From Octopus sinensis (Eukaryota): a stretch of 64,000 bases of DNA. Below are positions 36,349 through 49,836 of this stretch, in pieces. The stretch covers positions 17,483,360-17,547,359 of the forward strand of contig NC_043019.1 of the NCBI RefSeq assembly GCF_006345805.1, read 5' to 3'. Each line of letters opens with the position of its first letter. Position 1 is the stretch's first letter. A program made the translations under genes and the position numbers. Below the pieces are notes generated by a model. It did no database searches, had not been told where the DNA came from, and worked only from the letters and a program-made list of their open reading frames with translations.

Positions 36349-36579
36349 AAGGCGGCGAGCTGGCAGAAACGTTAGCACGCCGGGCGAAATGCTTAGCGGT
36401 ATTTCGTCTGTCGTTACGTTGTGAGTTCAAATTCCGCCGAGGTCGCTTTGCCTTTCATCCTTTCGGGGTCGATAAATTAAGTACCAGTTACACACTGGGG
36501 TCGATGTAATCGACTTAATACCTATGTCTGTCCTTGTTTGTCCCCTCTGTGTTTAGCCCCTTGAGGGTAATAAAGAAAT
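36349..36579 (+). mobile_element. SINE family B, young full-length copy with 12-bp TSD
   Basis: ggcggcgagctggcagaaacgttagcacgccggg...taataaagaaata; TSD aggtatatagcc at 36337-36348 and 36580-36591. Confidence 0.93.
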
Positions 36580-36696
36580 AGGTATATAGCCCATTGTTTG
36601 TATTATAATGTATTGTTGTACCATTCAAAACTTTTTATTCTTTACAAACAATACACAATGCTTCAAGCAAACTACAATACTCTCTTATTATTATCA

Positions 36697-36910
36697 AGAT
36701 GGCAAGCTGGCAGAATTGTTAGCACACTGAGGAAAATGCTTAGTGCCATTTTGTATGTCTTTACATTCTGAGTTCAAATTCTGCCAGGGTCAGCTTTGCC
36801 TTTCATCCTTTCGGAGTTGATAAAATAAGTACCAGTTGAACACTGGGGTTGATGTAATCAACTAGCCCCCACCCCATAAATTCCAGGCCATGTGCCTATT
36901 GTAGAAAGGA

Positions 36911-36966
<56 letters not shown>

Positions 36967-37200
36967 GAGGCAAGTTAGTAGAATTGTTAGAACACTGTGC
37001 AAAATGCTTAGTGGCTGCAGTTCATTTGTCTTTATGTTCTGAGTTCAAATTCTGCTGAGGTCAACTTTGCCTTTCATCCTTTCAGGGTTGATAAATTAGG
37101 TACCAGTGAAACTGTGGGGTTGATGTAATCAACTTATCCCCTTCCCCCAAATTACTGCCCTTGTGGCAAAATTTGAAACCACTATTATTATTGTTATTAT
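36697..37200 (+). mobile_element. Two tandem SINE family B copies separated by an (ATT)n tail
   Basis: Copies about 36697-36965 and 36966-37200. Confidence 0.85.
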
Positions 37201-37204
37201 TATG

Positions 37205-40200
37205 ATGATGATGTTGTTGTTTTATATGAGCTTTTTCCAAGTCTCACCTCAAAACCTCAAATAACAAGTTGGACGTATTGCTATGAATGTTATTTATTAA
37301 CAAGGATGTACTGTAGGGAAAAGGGACTAGAATCTGAGAACCAAGGTTCTGTTAAATTGGTAATGTTTCAGTTTTGAAAGAGTTTTAAGAGTATTTGGTA
37401 TTTTCAGGTTGGTCGTATTTTTTCTTAGGATGTTGTTCTGCTTCTTTTGGATTTCCTGGTATTTGGTCATAGTATTGAAGAGTGTCATTTGTTATTGCCA
37501 CCCAGACCTTTGATGATCACAAGTATGGTTGTTGTTCTTAGATGCCAAATTTTTGAGGCCCCTATTTCAAGGTCCCTGTATTTCCTTAACTTTTTAAATG
37601 TTTTTACTGAAGTGTTGCAGTTTGTTGGGATTGACATCGTTATGAGTAAATATGTTTTGTGAACATCATTTTTTTTACCATGTCATCTGGTCTGATGGCC
37701 TGAATAGTTAAATCAGTTTGAATAATAAAGTTTCAAAAAAACAGTGATATCTTTATTTTCTACTACTTTGGCAGGCTTTATGTTCCCTTCAGTTCTTCTC
37801 ATATGGCAATCCAGACTTAGAGTATATGATGCAGTGTAAATACTAACCAAGTCTATGATGGTGATTAATATATTCATGTGAGGCTGATATAAAACATCCA
37901 GAAATGAGGAAGTCAATTGTTTTCCTGGTTGCACCACAAAAGCAACAGGCAGGTCCAGTACCATTTAAAAAAAAATGGTTGCTTGATAGTTTCTGGTGGG
38001 TAAACACTGATCCTGAGCTGTTATAATGAAGGCCTCTGTTTTTGATTCAAGTCCAGATGGGTCATATTTGTATTAACATCAGGATTGTCGCTCCATGTAG
38101 TGCATTTGCCTAACTTTTCCCCCTGTTTTGCAGCTTTGAGACTCCATTTGATTTGGTTTGTATTTTCGTTTTCACAGTGGATTCCTCTGTTTCGTTATGC
38201 TTCAGTCTCATTGATTTTTATCTCCTTTACATATTTCTTTGCTTCATCTGACGTTGAATACAGTTTCTTGGTCTTTTCATACTTGTAGACAAGTTTAAGC
38301 ATTCAGTCAGTGGTTTTCTTGTGATACGTGTCTAACCATATGGAGAGACAGTTGTAGCTGCATCAGTCTATGTTCTCCATCCTTTCATAGAATGTATAGT
38401 CTATTTATATATCTTTCTTTTTTGTGATGTATGTGGTATGTTGTGAAAAACTTGAGTATTTTTGTGTCTATTTTTCTGATCTCACTGATGGACCATTTTA
38501 TGATGTTGAAGCTGCAGGTCACAACAGCAATAGCTAAGGTATTGATTGCATCAACCCTATTTCTCTGATTAAGTTCAGTCATTAAGTTCTGCAGATAACA
38601 TTCTTTTCATTCATTTTCATGCATTTGTGAGTGCTAGATTCCATCCTTGACACACACCTAAACATTTGTAATCATTTTCAGGATCTAATTTCTCAATGAT
38701 GGTAGACTGGTCTATCTGTTTGTTGTATATTTTCAGGAAATTTCCTTTGAAGAATGTGGCTTCGGCACATTTATCAAGGCTGAATTACATTCCAATATTG
38801 TTACTGAACTGTTTTACTACAGTTAAAAGCTATTCCAGTTGTTATCATTTTTCATGAAAAGCTTTAGATTATGCGTGTAAAAGAGGTATTTCATTTGTCT
38901 GTCATAACCCATTTTTTGTGTCATTCAACAGTTTACTTGGGGGAATGAGAGCCATGCAGAAGTGTAGTGGTGATACAGAATATCTTGAAAAATGCTGCAT
39001 TTTATGTCAATGTCACCAGTATTCATAGAATCTGTTTCTGAATTCAGTGTAAGAGTTGTTTTCCATTTCTTTGTATGTATGATTCAACAGAAAATTGCCA
39101 ATAACTGGAGAGATCTTACATACTTCCAAGAATTTCTCAATCCCGCTATGAGGAAGGCTGTCAAATACATTTTTGTAATTAATCCATTCAATAGAAAGAT
39201 TTTTGTGTCATTTGTGGAAGTCCTCTAGAATCATTCTGTTTACAACAATATGAGCCATGTTTACAGCCCTTTTGTTCACTGGGAGGGAATATATTTGTAT
39301 TCAGCAATGACAGATGTTCCATGGTTGTAAGACATGGAATTGTCACATTTGGGGAGTAAGTTATTACATTTACCAGCCCGGGAGGAATTTTCCTGGGGTC
39401 ATGTATAATGCCATTGTATAAGTTTTTCCCATGAGATTCAGGGAAAAGCATTCAGCCAGAAGTTAGGGATTTTATCTTTCCCAAGGGATTGCCATTTGCT
39501 GGATTTTCTCAGTGAAGTACTGAGATCTTCAACAGATATCTTTCCACATTTGCTCCTTATATGTTCAAAATCTCTGACTTGTTACTGAATCCAAAGAGTG
39601 TTCTTTAGGGTGCAACCAGATCTATTTCCAAAACTACTGTACTTCCTCCTCAATGGGCATGGTTTTAATAGTTATATTATTATCCTTTTCATTCAGGTGT
39701 TGTTGGAGCTCCTGGAATCTTGCACGAATAGCAAGCTTGCTACCTGTTCTCTTCAATGATCTAATACTTCCCTGATGAATCTGGCCATGCAAAGGAGACA
39801 AACTTTTTGTGACAATTCTATTAGACATTCTATTCCCGTTTCCTTTATGTTTCTTTCAATATCTTTTGATATTCTCCCCAAGGCCTCAACAAAAGTCAAC
39901 ACTAGTTTCACCATTTTCATCATCCACAATCAAGCTATCTTGTATTTGAGAGGATTGCATGCATCAACTTCCTTGCCTTCCTTCTTAACTGTGGGTCAAA
40001 TGGTCATGCAAGTTCAGTTATAGAGCTTGTGTGGTTTACTTTGTCCACTGTCACGAGGTTTGGTTTGTTGTGCTCAAGAACCTGGTCTGTTTGAACTGAG
40101 AAAATCCCACAGGATTTTGGAAGTCTCTGATTCAGTCACTCTCTATGATTTGTGGACATATCATGTCTTACCTCTCTCTAACTCGCACTTTTCCTATAGT

Positions 40201-40430
40201 GTCCAATGCAGAACATTAGCCACCTCATCATGTCACCACAACTTATACTGGTTTTGGGCAAGTTTAGGGCACTCATTCACAATATGGGCAATAATTTCAT
40301 GAAATCCATTGCATATTTTGCCCAGTGGAGACACTTGCTTATTTCTAAGATGGACCGTCCAATTTGTGGCCAAAGCTTGGTCTTGCATTACAAGTAGAGT
40401 GCTTCCGGTCTTCTTTTTAAGTGCTCCTTT
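37205..40430 (-). mobile_element. R4/Dong-clade (restriction-like endonuclease) non-LTR retrotransposon, ~3.2 kb, heavily degenerate
   Basis: ELNQRNRVDAINTLAIAVVTCSFNIIKW...INRLYI and KLRKYRDLEIG...WHLRTTTILVIIKGLG match R4-clade RT-thumb and REL regions; UTR gaggtgagacttggaaaaag; many stops. Confidence 0.8.
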
Positions 40431-40459
40431 CTTTAATCAGTCCCACTTATCTTCTCAAC

Positions 40460-40680
40460 AACAATAATTTCAAATTTTGGCACAAGGCCAGCAATTTCAT
40501 GGCAAGGGTTAAGTCAATCCCATTGACCCCAGTATTCAACTGGTATTTATTTTATCGACTCTAAAAGGATGAAAGGTAAAGTCAACCTTGGCAGAATTTG
40601 AGCTCAGAATGTACAGCTGGATGAAATACTGCTAAGCATTTTGCCCTATGTGCTAATAGTTCAGACAGCTCACTGTCCTA
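40460..40680 (-). mobile_element. SINE family B
   Basis: Family B match, minus strand. Confidence 0.85.
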
Positions 40681-40710
40681 TATACAATAACAGTAATAAT
40701 GATACTTTTT

Positions 40711-40756
<46 letters not shown>

Positions 40757-40985
40757 TGGTGAGATGACAGAATTGTTAGCATGTTGGACAAAATGCTTAG
40801 TGGCATTTTGTTCATCTTTACGTTCTGAGTTCAAATTCTACTGAGGTCAACTTTGCCTTTCATCCTTTCAGGATTGATGAAATAAAAGTAACAATTGTAT
40901 ACTGGGATTGATGTAACTGATTAACCAACTCTCCAAAAATTTCAGATGTTCTGCTTATAGAAGAAAGGATTATTGTTATTATTAT
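40757..40985 (+). mobile_element. SINE family B, head-to-head with the preceding copy
   Basis: Family B match; spacer of about 80 bp containing (AAT)n. Confidence 0.85.
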
Positions 40986-41149
40986 TGAGAAGATGAGTGG
41001 TTTCAGTGACAAGTTTTGTTGAATGTTCTGAGTTTATTATGTTCTGAGTTCAGATTTTATTGAAGTAGCTTTTTTTACTATCCCTCTAAAATCAATACCA
41101 GTCATATAATAAGGTGTTTCAATTGCCTGTGACCCTCTCCTGTGAATCT

Positions 41150-41600
41150 GTCACTCTGTGCCATCCCTCACAGTAGGGAGCATAGCTTCCAGGAGAAACT
41201 GAATTTCAACTGTAACCCTTCCCCATAAAATCTGTAGCTTTGTATCATCCTTCATGAAAGCAGAATGCCCGCCTACCATGGAGGACCTGAATTTTAAGGT
41301 CATCTGAAGAAACGAAAACTGGGACCTAATGGATCTCTTGAAGAATTTGTTTGTCTTTTGGAAACTAAAAGACAACAATAAATACACTGCCAGTTAAAAA
41401 TGGATAAGAGGCAAGTGCATTCACCATCAAAATGGTAGATGGTTGTTAAAGCCACCACAATGATACTCTGTCAACAACTAAAAGGGGACACTTGCAGGAT
41501 TGTTTACCTAAGATTGAAGTTATTGCCATGCATTCAGGAGAATCCAACTTGCAGAAGGGGGCTGGTGGGGTCATAGAACATCCTACAAGATGGTTTTTTT
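41150..41600 (+). mobile_element. Possible degenerate R2/NeSL-like LINE C-terminal remnant
   Basis: Only short motif echoes (KWIRG; IVYLRLKLLP...CRRG) across different frames. Confidence 0.3.
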
Positions 41601-41803
41601 TTTTCTTTTTTCTTTTGTGGTGGTGGATGATTTGCATTTATCTGTTTTGTGTACTAAATTTTTATCCAGTTTTAATGCAGCCTCCATCTGGTTTTGGCAA
41701 CAAAGAAAATTTCTTCCTTTCTCTCACTCTTGCCGCCCCTCCTTTCCTCCATCCTCATTATACTGACTCATGATATGCAGTCATTTCATTTATATATTTG
41801 AGA

Positions 41804-41960
41804 GGAGTGGCTGTGTGGTAAGTAGCTTGTCTACCAACCACATGGTTCCGGGTTCAGTCCCACTGCGTGGCACCTTGGGCAAGTGTCTTCTACTATAGCC
41901 TCGGGCCGACCAATGCCTTGTGAGTGGATTTGGTAGACAGAAACTGAAAGAAGCCTGTTG

Positions 41961-41995
<35 letters not shown>

Positions 41996-42222
41996 ATATG
42001 TTTGTGTGTCTGTGTTTGTCCCCCTAGCATTGCTTGACAACCGATGCTGGTGTGTTTACGTCCCAGTCACTTAGCGGTTCGGCAAAAGAGACTGATAGAA
42101 TAAGTACTGGGCTTACAAAGAATAAGTCCCGGGGTCGATTTGCTCGACTAAAGGCGGTGCTTCAGCATGGCCGCAGTCAAATGACTGAAACAAGTAAAAG
42201 AGTAAAAGAGTAAAAGAGAGTA
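41804..42222 (+). mobile_element. SINE family A, full length
   Basis: Family A match with triple aaagagt tail. Confidence 0.93.
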
Positions 42223-42369
42223 ACAACTCTTATTGCAATGACCACAGACAAAGCCTGACGTGATGGGCAGCTGATGCTGTCCATGTTTCTCTTTTTAGTA
42301 TCTGAAGTAAATTTCTATCATTCTCTGTGTTTCCTGCTTTCATAGCATGTTATCAACAACAGTCATCTG

Positions 42370-42645
42370 AGCCAAATATTAACCAAAGAGATTCTGCCTG
42401 GGACCAGTGCAAGAATGAGTAATGCAACCACTGCGATGACTAAACTGACCGACAATCGAGAAGATCATCATCATCGTATACATTGAACACTAAGTTGAAG
42501 GCTTTGCATCTTCAGCCCTTCCTAGGTGGTCATGTGACATGGATGCTGTACGTCAGATGAGAGATACTTATTACATGCGATGTATTCACAAAATCTTGGA
42601 CATTATATGGGAAGACAAGGTCACCGAATCTGAAATCTTTGGTAA
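42370..42645 (+). mobile_element. RTE (BovB-like) LINE internal fragment
   Basis: ATTAMTKLTD...LNTKLK...YYMRCIHKILDIIWEDKVTESEI resembles the RTE post-RT region. Confidence 0.75.
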
Positions 42646-42744
42646 AATAGCATCTAAGATTATATATGAGTTTGTGCATGTGTGTATGTTTACATTCACA
42701 CGTTTTATAACTCTTTGTGTGACACATTTTGTATTCTATATATG

Positions 42745-42976
42745 TATTTCTTTACTACCCTCAAGGGGCTAACCATAGAAGGGACAAACAAAGACAGACA
42801 TAGGTATTAAGTCGATTACATCGACCCCAGTGTGTAACTGGTACTTAATTTATCGACCCCGAAAGGATGAAAGGCAAAGTTGACCTCGGCGGAATTTGAA
42901 CTCACAATGTAATGGCAGATGAAATACCGCTAAGCATTTCACCCGGCGTGCTAACGTTTCTGCCAGCTCTCCGCCT
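42745..42976 (-). mobile_element. SINE family B with 16-bp TSD
   Basis: TSD ttgtattctatatatg at 42729-42744 and 42977-42992. Confidence 0.92.
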
Positions 42977-42999
42977 TTGTATTCTATATATGGTCTGCT

Positions 43000-43830
43000 T
43001 CCTACACCAGCATGAGTCATCAGAGTCCGAGTCATTTCTTATTGGGGTTACGCAAGATGTGAGAGGGTGGGAGGGTAGAGACTAATGGATAGTACTGAGA
43101 AATGGGGTGGGGTAGGGAAGTGGTATAAGGAGTGTTAATGAGAGAATGTCAGAAAACGATACGTGTGGAAAGGGGGAAATAGTGTTGGGATTGGTGAGAG
43201 TGATGGGGTGGTTGGGTGGGATAAGTAGGAGGGGTGCAGTGCTACCCTGCATTATATATGAGCGGGTGGAGTGGTACATGGTGGTGAGGCAGCTAGAGTA
43301 TATCCTGTAGGGAAGAGGTGAGGGTGGGGTGGAGAGTATGATGACCAAAGACTCAGGGAGAGAGTGTAAAGGTTGCCGGAGTACAGTCCACCTCCATTCA
43401 AGCTCATGATTCACACTAACGGAGGAAAGAATGGTAGCAGTGGAGGTATGGGGGGGGTGAGAGGGAGATATTCAATATGGCCAAATTGAGGGTTCTGTTC
43501 TTAGTTTTGATTTGCTTGGTATTGAGAGTAGAGGAAATGGTGGGGAAGACGAAGGGATATAGAATAGATCCAGCTGTAATGGGTACTCGTCAGGTGCTGG
43601 TGTCGCTCTCCCTCACACTCGAGTTGTGCTACATCCAGGATATTCCACCAGATCAAAAGTGTTAAGATAAAGAGTGTGGCTCCGTCTGTGCTTGCGACTG
43701 CATCATCACCAAAAGATAATTAGCCAAAGAACGGGTGATCTTCCCTAGCCATTGTTCAGTCACAACTGTTGGCTAGATTTACTTACTGTACTCAATGTAT
43801 GATTTTGAGGGCAATCCGAGTGAGTTGAGT
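43000..43830 (-). mobile_element. Degenerate LINE remnant (AP-endonuclease C-terminus, CR1/Jockey-like)
   Basis: Minus reading NTFDLVEYPG...LQLDLFYIPSS resembles the APE ...PT...LDL motif; G-rich composition distinct from flanks. Confidence 0.4.
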
Positions 43831-44225
43831 GCCTAATCATTAGAATTATCCTATTCCTAGATGGGTACATAGTCTCAGAATGGATTTGAACCTGTAATCT
43901 TCATTCCTCTACTGATTGTATCCTCCTCCACTAGGTCAGTGGTGTATGTTTATTCTCTAAGCAGTTTGTTTCAGTTGCTAGTTAGAAAGATTTACAACAT
44001 CCAGTCCCTTGTTCAAATCCAGTTTGGGACCATTTACAAATTCAGGATTATGGCATTTTGATGTGATTGGAGATCAAAGTGATCATAGTTTGGATTAATC
44101 TCTGAAAATGAGGTTAATAACCTAGAAAATTATAATCATACTAGCAGCAGCAGCAACAACTCATCTCAGCAATAAAAACTTATCATTTCATTAATTTTCT
44201 TTAGCAATATAGTTGAAGTTTGGGA

Positions 44226-44458
44226 GAGCAAGCTGGCAGAATTGTTAGCATGCTGGGCAAAACGCTTAGCGGTATTTCGTCTGCTGTTACGTTCTGAGTT
44301 CAAATTCTGCTGAGGCTGACTTTACGTTTCATCCTTTCAGGGTCGATTAAATAAGTACCACTTACGCACTGGGGTCGATGTAATCGACTTAATCCATTTG
44401 TCCTTGTTTGTCCCCTCTATGTTTAGCCCGACCCTGTGGGTAATAAAGAAATAAATAA
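44226..44458 (+). mobile_element. SINE family B, full length
   Basis: Family B match ending taataaagaaataaata. Confidence 0.9.
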
Positions 44459-44561
44459 AGTTAAGTTTAAATAGGATAAATTTATTCTCTGCTGAGTTGT
44501 TGTAATGGCAACTTAAATTGTCTGTTACTACTTGTTGCATCCTTTCTGTGTTAAGATAGGC

Positions 44562-44606
<45 letters not shown>

Positions 44607-44864
44607 ATCTATAAAGTTTCATAAAGTGACTCAAAGCCAAAAGTTTTGTGCGTTGCACTTATCAAACTTTGATCAACAAATGCTTTACTAATACAGCTTT
44701 AAAATGAAATTATATATGGTCTACTTTTGCCTATTGAATTCTATTCGTGTGTGTGTGTGTGTGTAAGCTAATGGTTGTGCACATGATAAAGCTAACCTGT
44801 ACTCAAGTGCTATAAATGTTTTTGATATTTTTGAGATTTATAGAATATGATGCTATACATAATG

Positions 44865-45085
44865 TGTGTGTTCGTGTGTGCACACACACACACTCTCTTT
44901 CTCTCTCTCACAAACGCACACACACACATATATGCACACACACACACATATATGCACACACACACACACACACTCTCTCTTTCTCTCTCTCTTTCTCTCA
45001 ATCACAAACGCACACACACACACACACACACACATATGCACACACACACACACACACACACACACCACACACACACACACACAGA
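44865..45085. repeat. Compound (CA)n/(CT)n microsatellite block
   Basis: Directly visible; source of several HT/CV-rich ORFs. Confidence 0.95.
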
Positions 45086-45538
45086 AAATTCTTCTGAGTA
45101 TCAGACATGAATATTGAAAAATTTGGATAAGGGGAGAAATGCCAAAGTCAGGATTTTCAGAACAAGAAGGAAACAGACATAAACCGAAATGGAGAGGAGA
45201 GAAAAATAGAAAAAAAAAAGTTAAAAAAAAAGGTAATCTGTGAATTGCTGACAAGTCAGGAAAAGTGAATGAAATTCCTCTTGTAGTGTTCAGAAAGTTC
45301 TCTGAAATACTTGTCTCCTGTTTCTAGAAAAGAACACAATAGGTAATTGAATTAAATGGAGATAGGTGGGGTGGCTAGACTGTGTGTGTGTGTAGCAGTG
45401 TTTTACTCATATCCAATATGGAAAATAAGAAAAGACTTATTGAATGAAATTTCCTAAATGTGTTTATATTGCGTTTCTTTCATTGCTGTTGGATGTGAAA
45501 ATCAAGTATGCTATATATATATAATAAATTTGTATGCA

Positions 45539-45574
<36 letters not shown>

Positions 45575-45576
<2 letters not shown>

Positions 45577-45743
45577 CGCAGGAGTGGCTGTGTGGTAAGT
45601 AGCTTGCTAACCAGCCACATGGTTCCGGGTTCAGTCCCACTGCGTGGCATCTTGGGCAAGTGTCTTCTGCTATAGCCCCGGGCCGACCAATGCCTTGTGA
45701 GTGGATTTGGTAGACGGAAACTGAAAGAAGCCTGTCGTATATA

Positions 45744-45782
<39 letters not shown>

Positions 45783-46012
45783 TATATATATGTGTATGTG
45801 TGTTGTGTGTCTGTGTTTGTCCCCCTAGCATTGCTTGACAACCGATGCTGGTATGTTTACGTCCCCGTCACTTAGCGGTTCGGCAAAAGAGACCGATAGA
45901 ATAAGTACTGGGCTTACAAAAAAATAAGTCCCGGGGTCGAGTTGCTTGACTAAAGGCGGTGCTCCAGCATGGCCGCAGTCAAATGACTGAAACAAGTAAA
46001 AAGAGTAAAAAG
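45575..46012 (+). mobile_element. SINE family A, young copy flanked by (TA)n on both sides
   Basis: Family A match; (TA)n at 45543-45574 and after 46012. Confidence 0.93.
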
Positions 46013-46369
46013 ATATATATATATATATATATATTTAATACGTGTGTATGTGTGTGATCTTCTGCTCTATGAAACGTAAATATAAGCAGAAATGTTATTT
46101 TATACCCCACCTTTGTGATAATAGAGTGTAAGTGTTTGTAAATATGTCAACTACCTCCACTGTGAGATATTTATGCAGTCAGCTGTAGCTAAGTGTCTGC
46201 CTGGCTGCCTGGCAGATAAAAAAAAATGTTTTTTTCCCTCCCTTCACCTTGGCAGCAGTACAAGTTCTTTGAATACCTACTTAGATTTACTCGCCTGGGG
46301 TTCGTGTGTGTAAATGTGTTTGCGTGCACACACACACACACACATTTCTATACACTTATATTCTTCCAG

Positions 46370-46530
46370 TCAGTTGACTGGCCATGCTGGAGCACTGTGT
46401 TGAAGAATTTTAGTCAAATGAATTGCTCTTAGTACTTTTTTCAGTTGTTATTCTATTGATTTCCTTTGAAGAACATTTGAGTGACGAGGATGTAAACATA
46501 CCTGCACCAGTTGTCAAGCAGTGAGACACA

Positions 46531-46563
<33 letters not shown>

Positions 46564-46712
46564 CTGTACAATGAGCTTTAAGTTTCCTTCTACCAAATTC
46601 ACTTACAAGGCTTTGGTCAGCTCGAGGCTACAGAAGAAAAAAATTACCGAAAGTGCAGCAGTGGGACTGAACCTGGAATAGTGTGGCTGGGAAGCAGACT
46701 TCTTACCGCACA
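46370..46712 (-). mobile_element. SINE family A, old copy
   Basis: Family A match, minus strand. Confidence 0.8.
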
Positions 46713-47134
46713 GCCATGCCTGATGTATATTTAATATATGTATATATTGTGTGTGTGTGTTTGTGTAGGTTAAAGTAGTGAGGAAAGGCAAACACAATTC
46801 AGCAAGGACATTTAATTCAATCTAATTTAGATAAAAACAAATAGTAAAAATTCGTCTCTGACTGCTGTTTCTGGGACATCCCAGCTATCGGAACATTGTA
46901 TTGAGCTGTAAGCTGGGTATTCCATCATTGGAGATATATAGGTTAAGCAGTGGAGGAAAGGATGGTTAGGTAGTACAGCATGGTGAGAGGAAGGAAAGAA
47001 TGGTTATGCAGTGCTCCATATTGAGGAGAAATGAATGCTACAGTTCCAAAGTTGTGCAAATACTCAGTATTCTTCCCTTCGTTTCACAATGCTGTACTAC
47101 CTAACCATCCTTTCTGTTCATGGGATTTACTTAA

Positions 47135-47355
47135 CCCTTTAGCATTTAATTTGGCCATATCCGGCCCAAACAGCCTCCCTGTTTTTTTTGTTAAAATTGA
47201 CCTGATCCAACAACTCACACCTACCTTACAATGCCATTCTAAAAATATACAAACACATTTTGAAATCCTGAAGCTAAAAAATAATGCATGATTAATTCAA
47301 AACAATGTGAATTATTAGTTAATACATTTGACAAAGAAATCTGAATACTAAAGGG
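47135..47355. mobile_element. piggyBac-type MITE, 221 bp
   Basis: TTAA at 47131-47134 and 47356-47359; TIR ccctttagcatt / aatactaaaggg. Confidence 0.85.
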
Positions 47356-47661
47356 TTAAAGAAGACCTGATCTAACTGGATTTAATTGGACCCTTCCACC
47401 CTCCTCGACATAAAGAACCACAACAAATATCATTGATGAGGAACTTCCTCCCACTGTTTAACCAATATCTCTCAGATGGCACAATGCTCAACTTACATTG
47501 TCTCTGCTCAATATAATGCTCCAAGAGCCGGGGTATCCCAGAAACAGCTGCCAGAGACTATTTTTTATTATTTTTTACCATTCATCATGTTGCTAAATGA
47601 GATTGAATTAAATTAAATTAAATGTCCTTGCCTAATTGTTTGCCTTTCCTCACTCCTCTAA

Positions 47662-47795
<134 letters not shown>

Positions 47796-48000
47796 TACGT
47801 GCACACATACACATACACGCAGACATACACAAGCACACCCACTGACTCAAAAGGAAGCCACCTTCAGCTATTTTGAGCAAGACAAAGACAACTTCAACTT
47901 CTGTTCAAACTGGAATTTTAGTGGCACACCTGTTATTTTGAGCAATCAAACACATACCTGTTAGTTTGAGTCATCCTGACGAGAACTCCTCATATCCCTT

Positions 48001-48618
48001 ATATATATATATATATATTATATATATATATATATATAATATATAGATATATATATATATATGATATATGTATATAATATATGTATATCTGTATATATTA
48101 TATGTATATATGTATATATATAGATGGTATATATGTATATATATATATGTATATATGTATATATATATATGTTATATATGTAATATATATATATATATAG
48201 TATATGTATATATATATATTATATATATATATATATCTGTATATATGTATATATATATATAGATATGGTATATAATATGTATATATATGTATATATATAT
48301 ATATATATGTATAATATAGATATGTATATATATATATATGTATATATGTATATTATATATATATATATGTATATATGTAATATGTATATATATATATAAT
48401 GTATATATGTATATATATATATATATGTATATATTATATATGTATATATATTATATATGTAATATATATATATATATGTATCTATTTATATATATAATAT
48501 ATAATATATAATTATATATATATATGTATCTATGTATCTGTATATATATATATGTATATTTATCTATATATGTATATATATATATATATATGTAATGTGT
48601 ATATTATATATATATAAT
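48001..48618. repeat. ~620-bp degenerate (TA)n/(TATG) tract
   Basis: Directly visible. Confidence 0.97.
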
Positions 48619-48729
48619 AGAAGAAATTGAATCAGCAAGGAGTACACTTGGACAGTTATGTTTTTTAATCACTACAATTGTTTCCACACAACAGGTTTTT
48701 CCCCAAAATACAGGTATTTGATTATACAA

Positions 48730-48960
48730 CTGTTTATTTGCATAATGAGATCCAGTTGTGTTTCTTCAGGTGATATTCAAGTGTTGTCTCTGTTAGTTTA
48801 AAATCTTCAACTTCAAGGCCAGCCCATCCGTCCGTCTTGGTTTGAATCTTGTAGCAGTTGGTAGATTCACATTGTTTGGTGGCAGAGTGTGTTTGTTGGA
48901 CTTCTATGGCAGTTTTGGTACTGGCTGGTTTCACGTGCAAATTTTATTAGCTGACCTTCA
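48730..48960 (-). mobile_element. Probable R4/Dong-like LINE fragment
   Basis: YKIQTKTDGWAGLEVEDFKLTETTLEYHLKKHNW resembles the R4 LYxPRxxGGRGL...TxxLxxYL segment. Confidence 0.45.
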
Positions 48961-49461
48961 GTATTCAGTGGTTGGATACATACACTCACACACACACACT
49001 CACACATACCCTCCCACACACAAACAAACCTATATATATATATATTTGCATATATACATAGTCCACAACTATTCAACATTCTGTCAGTCTCAGAGATTTT
49101 CAAAGTGTGGATGTGGAGATCTTCAAAAAGCATCTGAATAAATTTTCATCTGTGATATCAGATAGCGCTGCATGACAGCAAGAGGCGCAAAAAAGAGGAG
49201 CTCCATTGAACTTGCTACTTCACCAGAAAATAGTAGAGAAAAGAAACCTAATCATACTGAAAGCTGATGCTCCAGCATGACCTCAAACTCTGGCTGAAAC
49301 CAATAAAAGATAACACACTCACATATATATATGTATCCAGGCAGATTGATAAACTATTGATGATCCAATCTGCATTCATAGCAGATGTAAAAATAAAGCA
49401 TTTTCAATCATATAAAATAAATGGATTAATAAACAAATAAAAAAAAATAGTTTGTAATGAG

Positions 49462-49500
<39 letters not shown>

Positions 49501-49836
49501 ATGCGTGTGTTTGGCTGCAGAAATTAGTGTTTGGTTGCCTGTGAGAAATTCTTGTTTTATCCGCTGTCCATTTATTACATCAATGGTTTCTCCTTTGATT
49601 GCTGCTTGAATTGTTAAAAGGAAGATAAAAAACTGGGACTGAGAATTTTAGTATTTTTTCTTCAGTCTTACCATCAGCACCATCACCAAAACTCTGTTTC
49701 ATTGATATCTCCATCATCTCTATCACTTTTTAATAGAAGCCCCTCATTTTTTTTGCATTAGCAAACCTTAAAAAGATAACCACTTTGCACTTACATTTTG
49801 CTTACATATATATGAATGTATTTGGTTGCCTGTGAG

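Noticed and set aside
44810-45254. Long ORFs rich in HT, CV, YI or SL dipeptides here and at about 47622-47880, 48068-48262 and 58864-59272
   Set aside because: They are translations of dinucleotide and tetranucleotide microsatellites.
45542-45841. Recurrent ORF MSSNARGTNTD...SVSVYQIHSQG...EPCGW seen many times in the ORF track
   Set aside because: Antisense reading of SINE family A, not a gene family.
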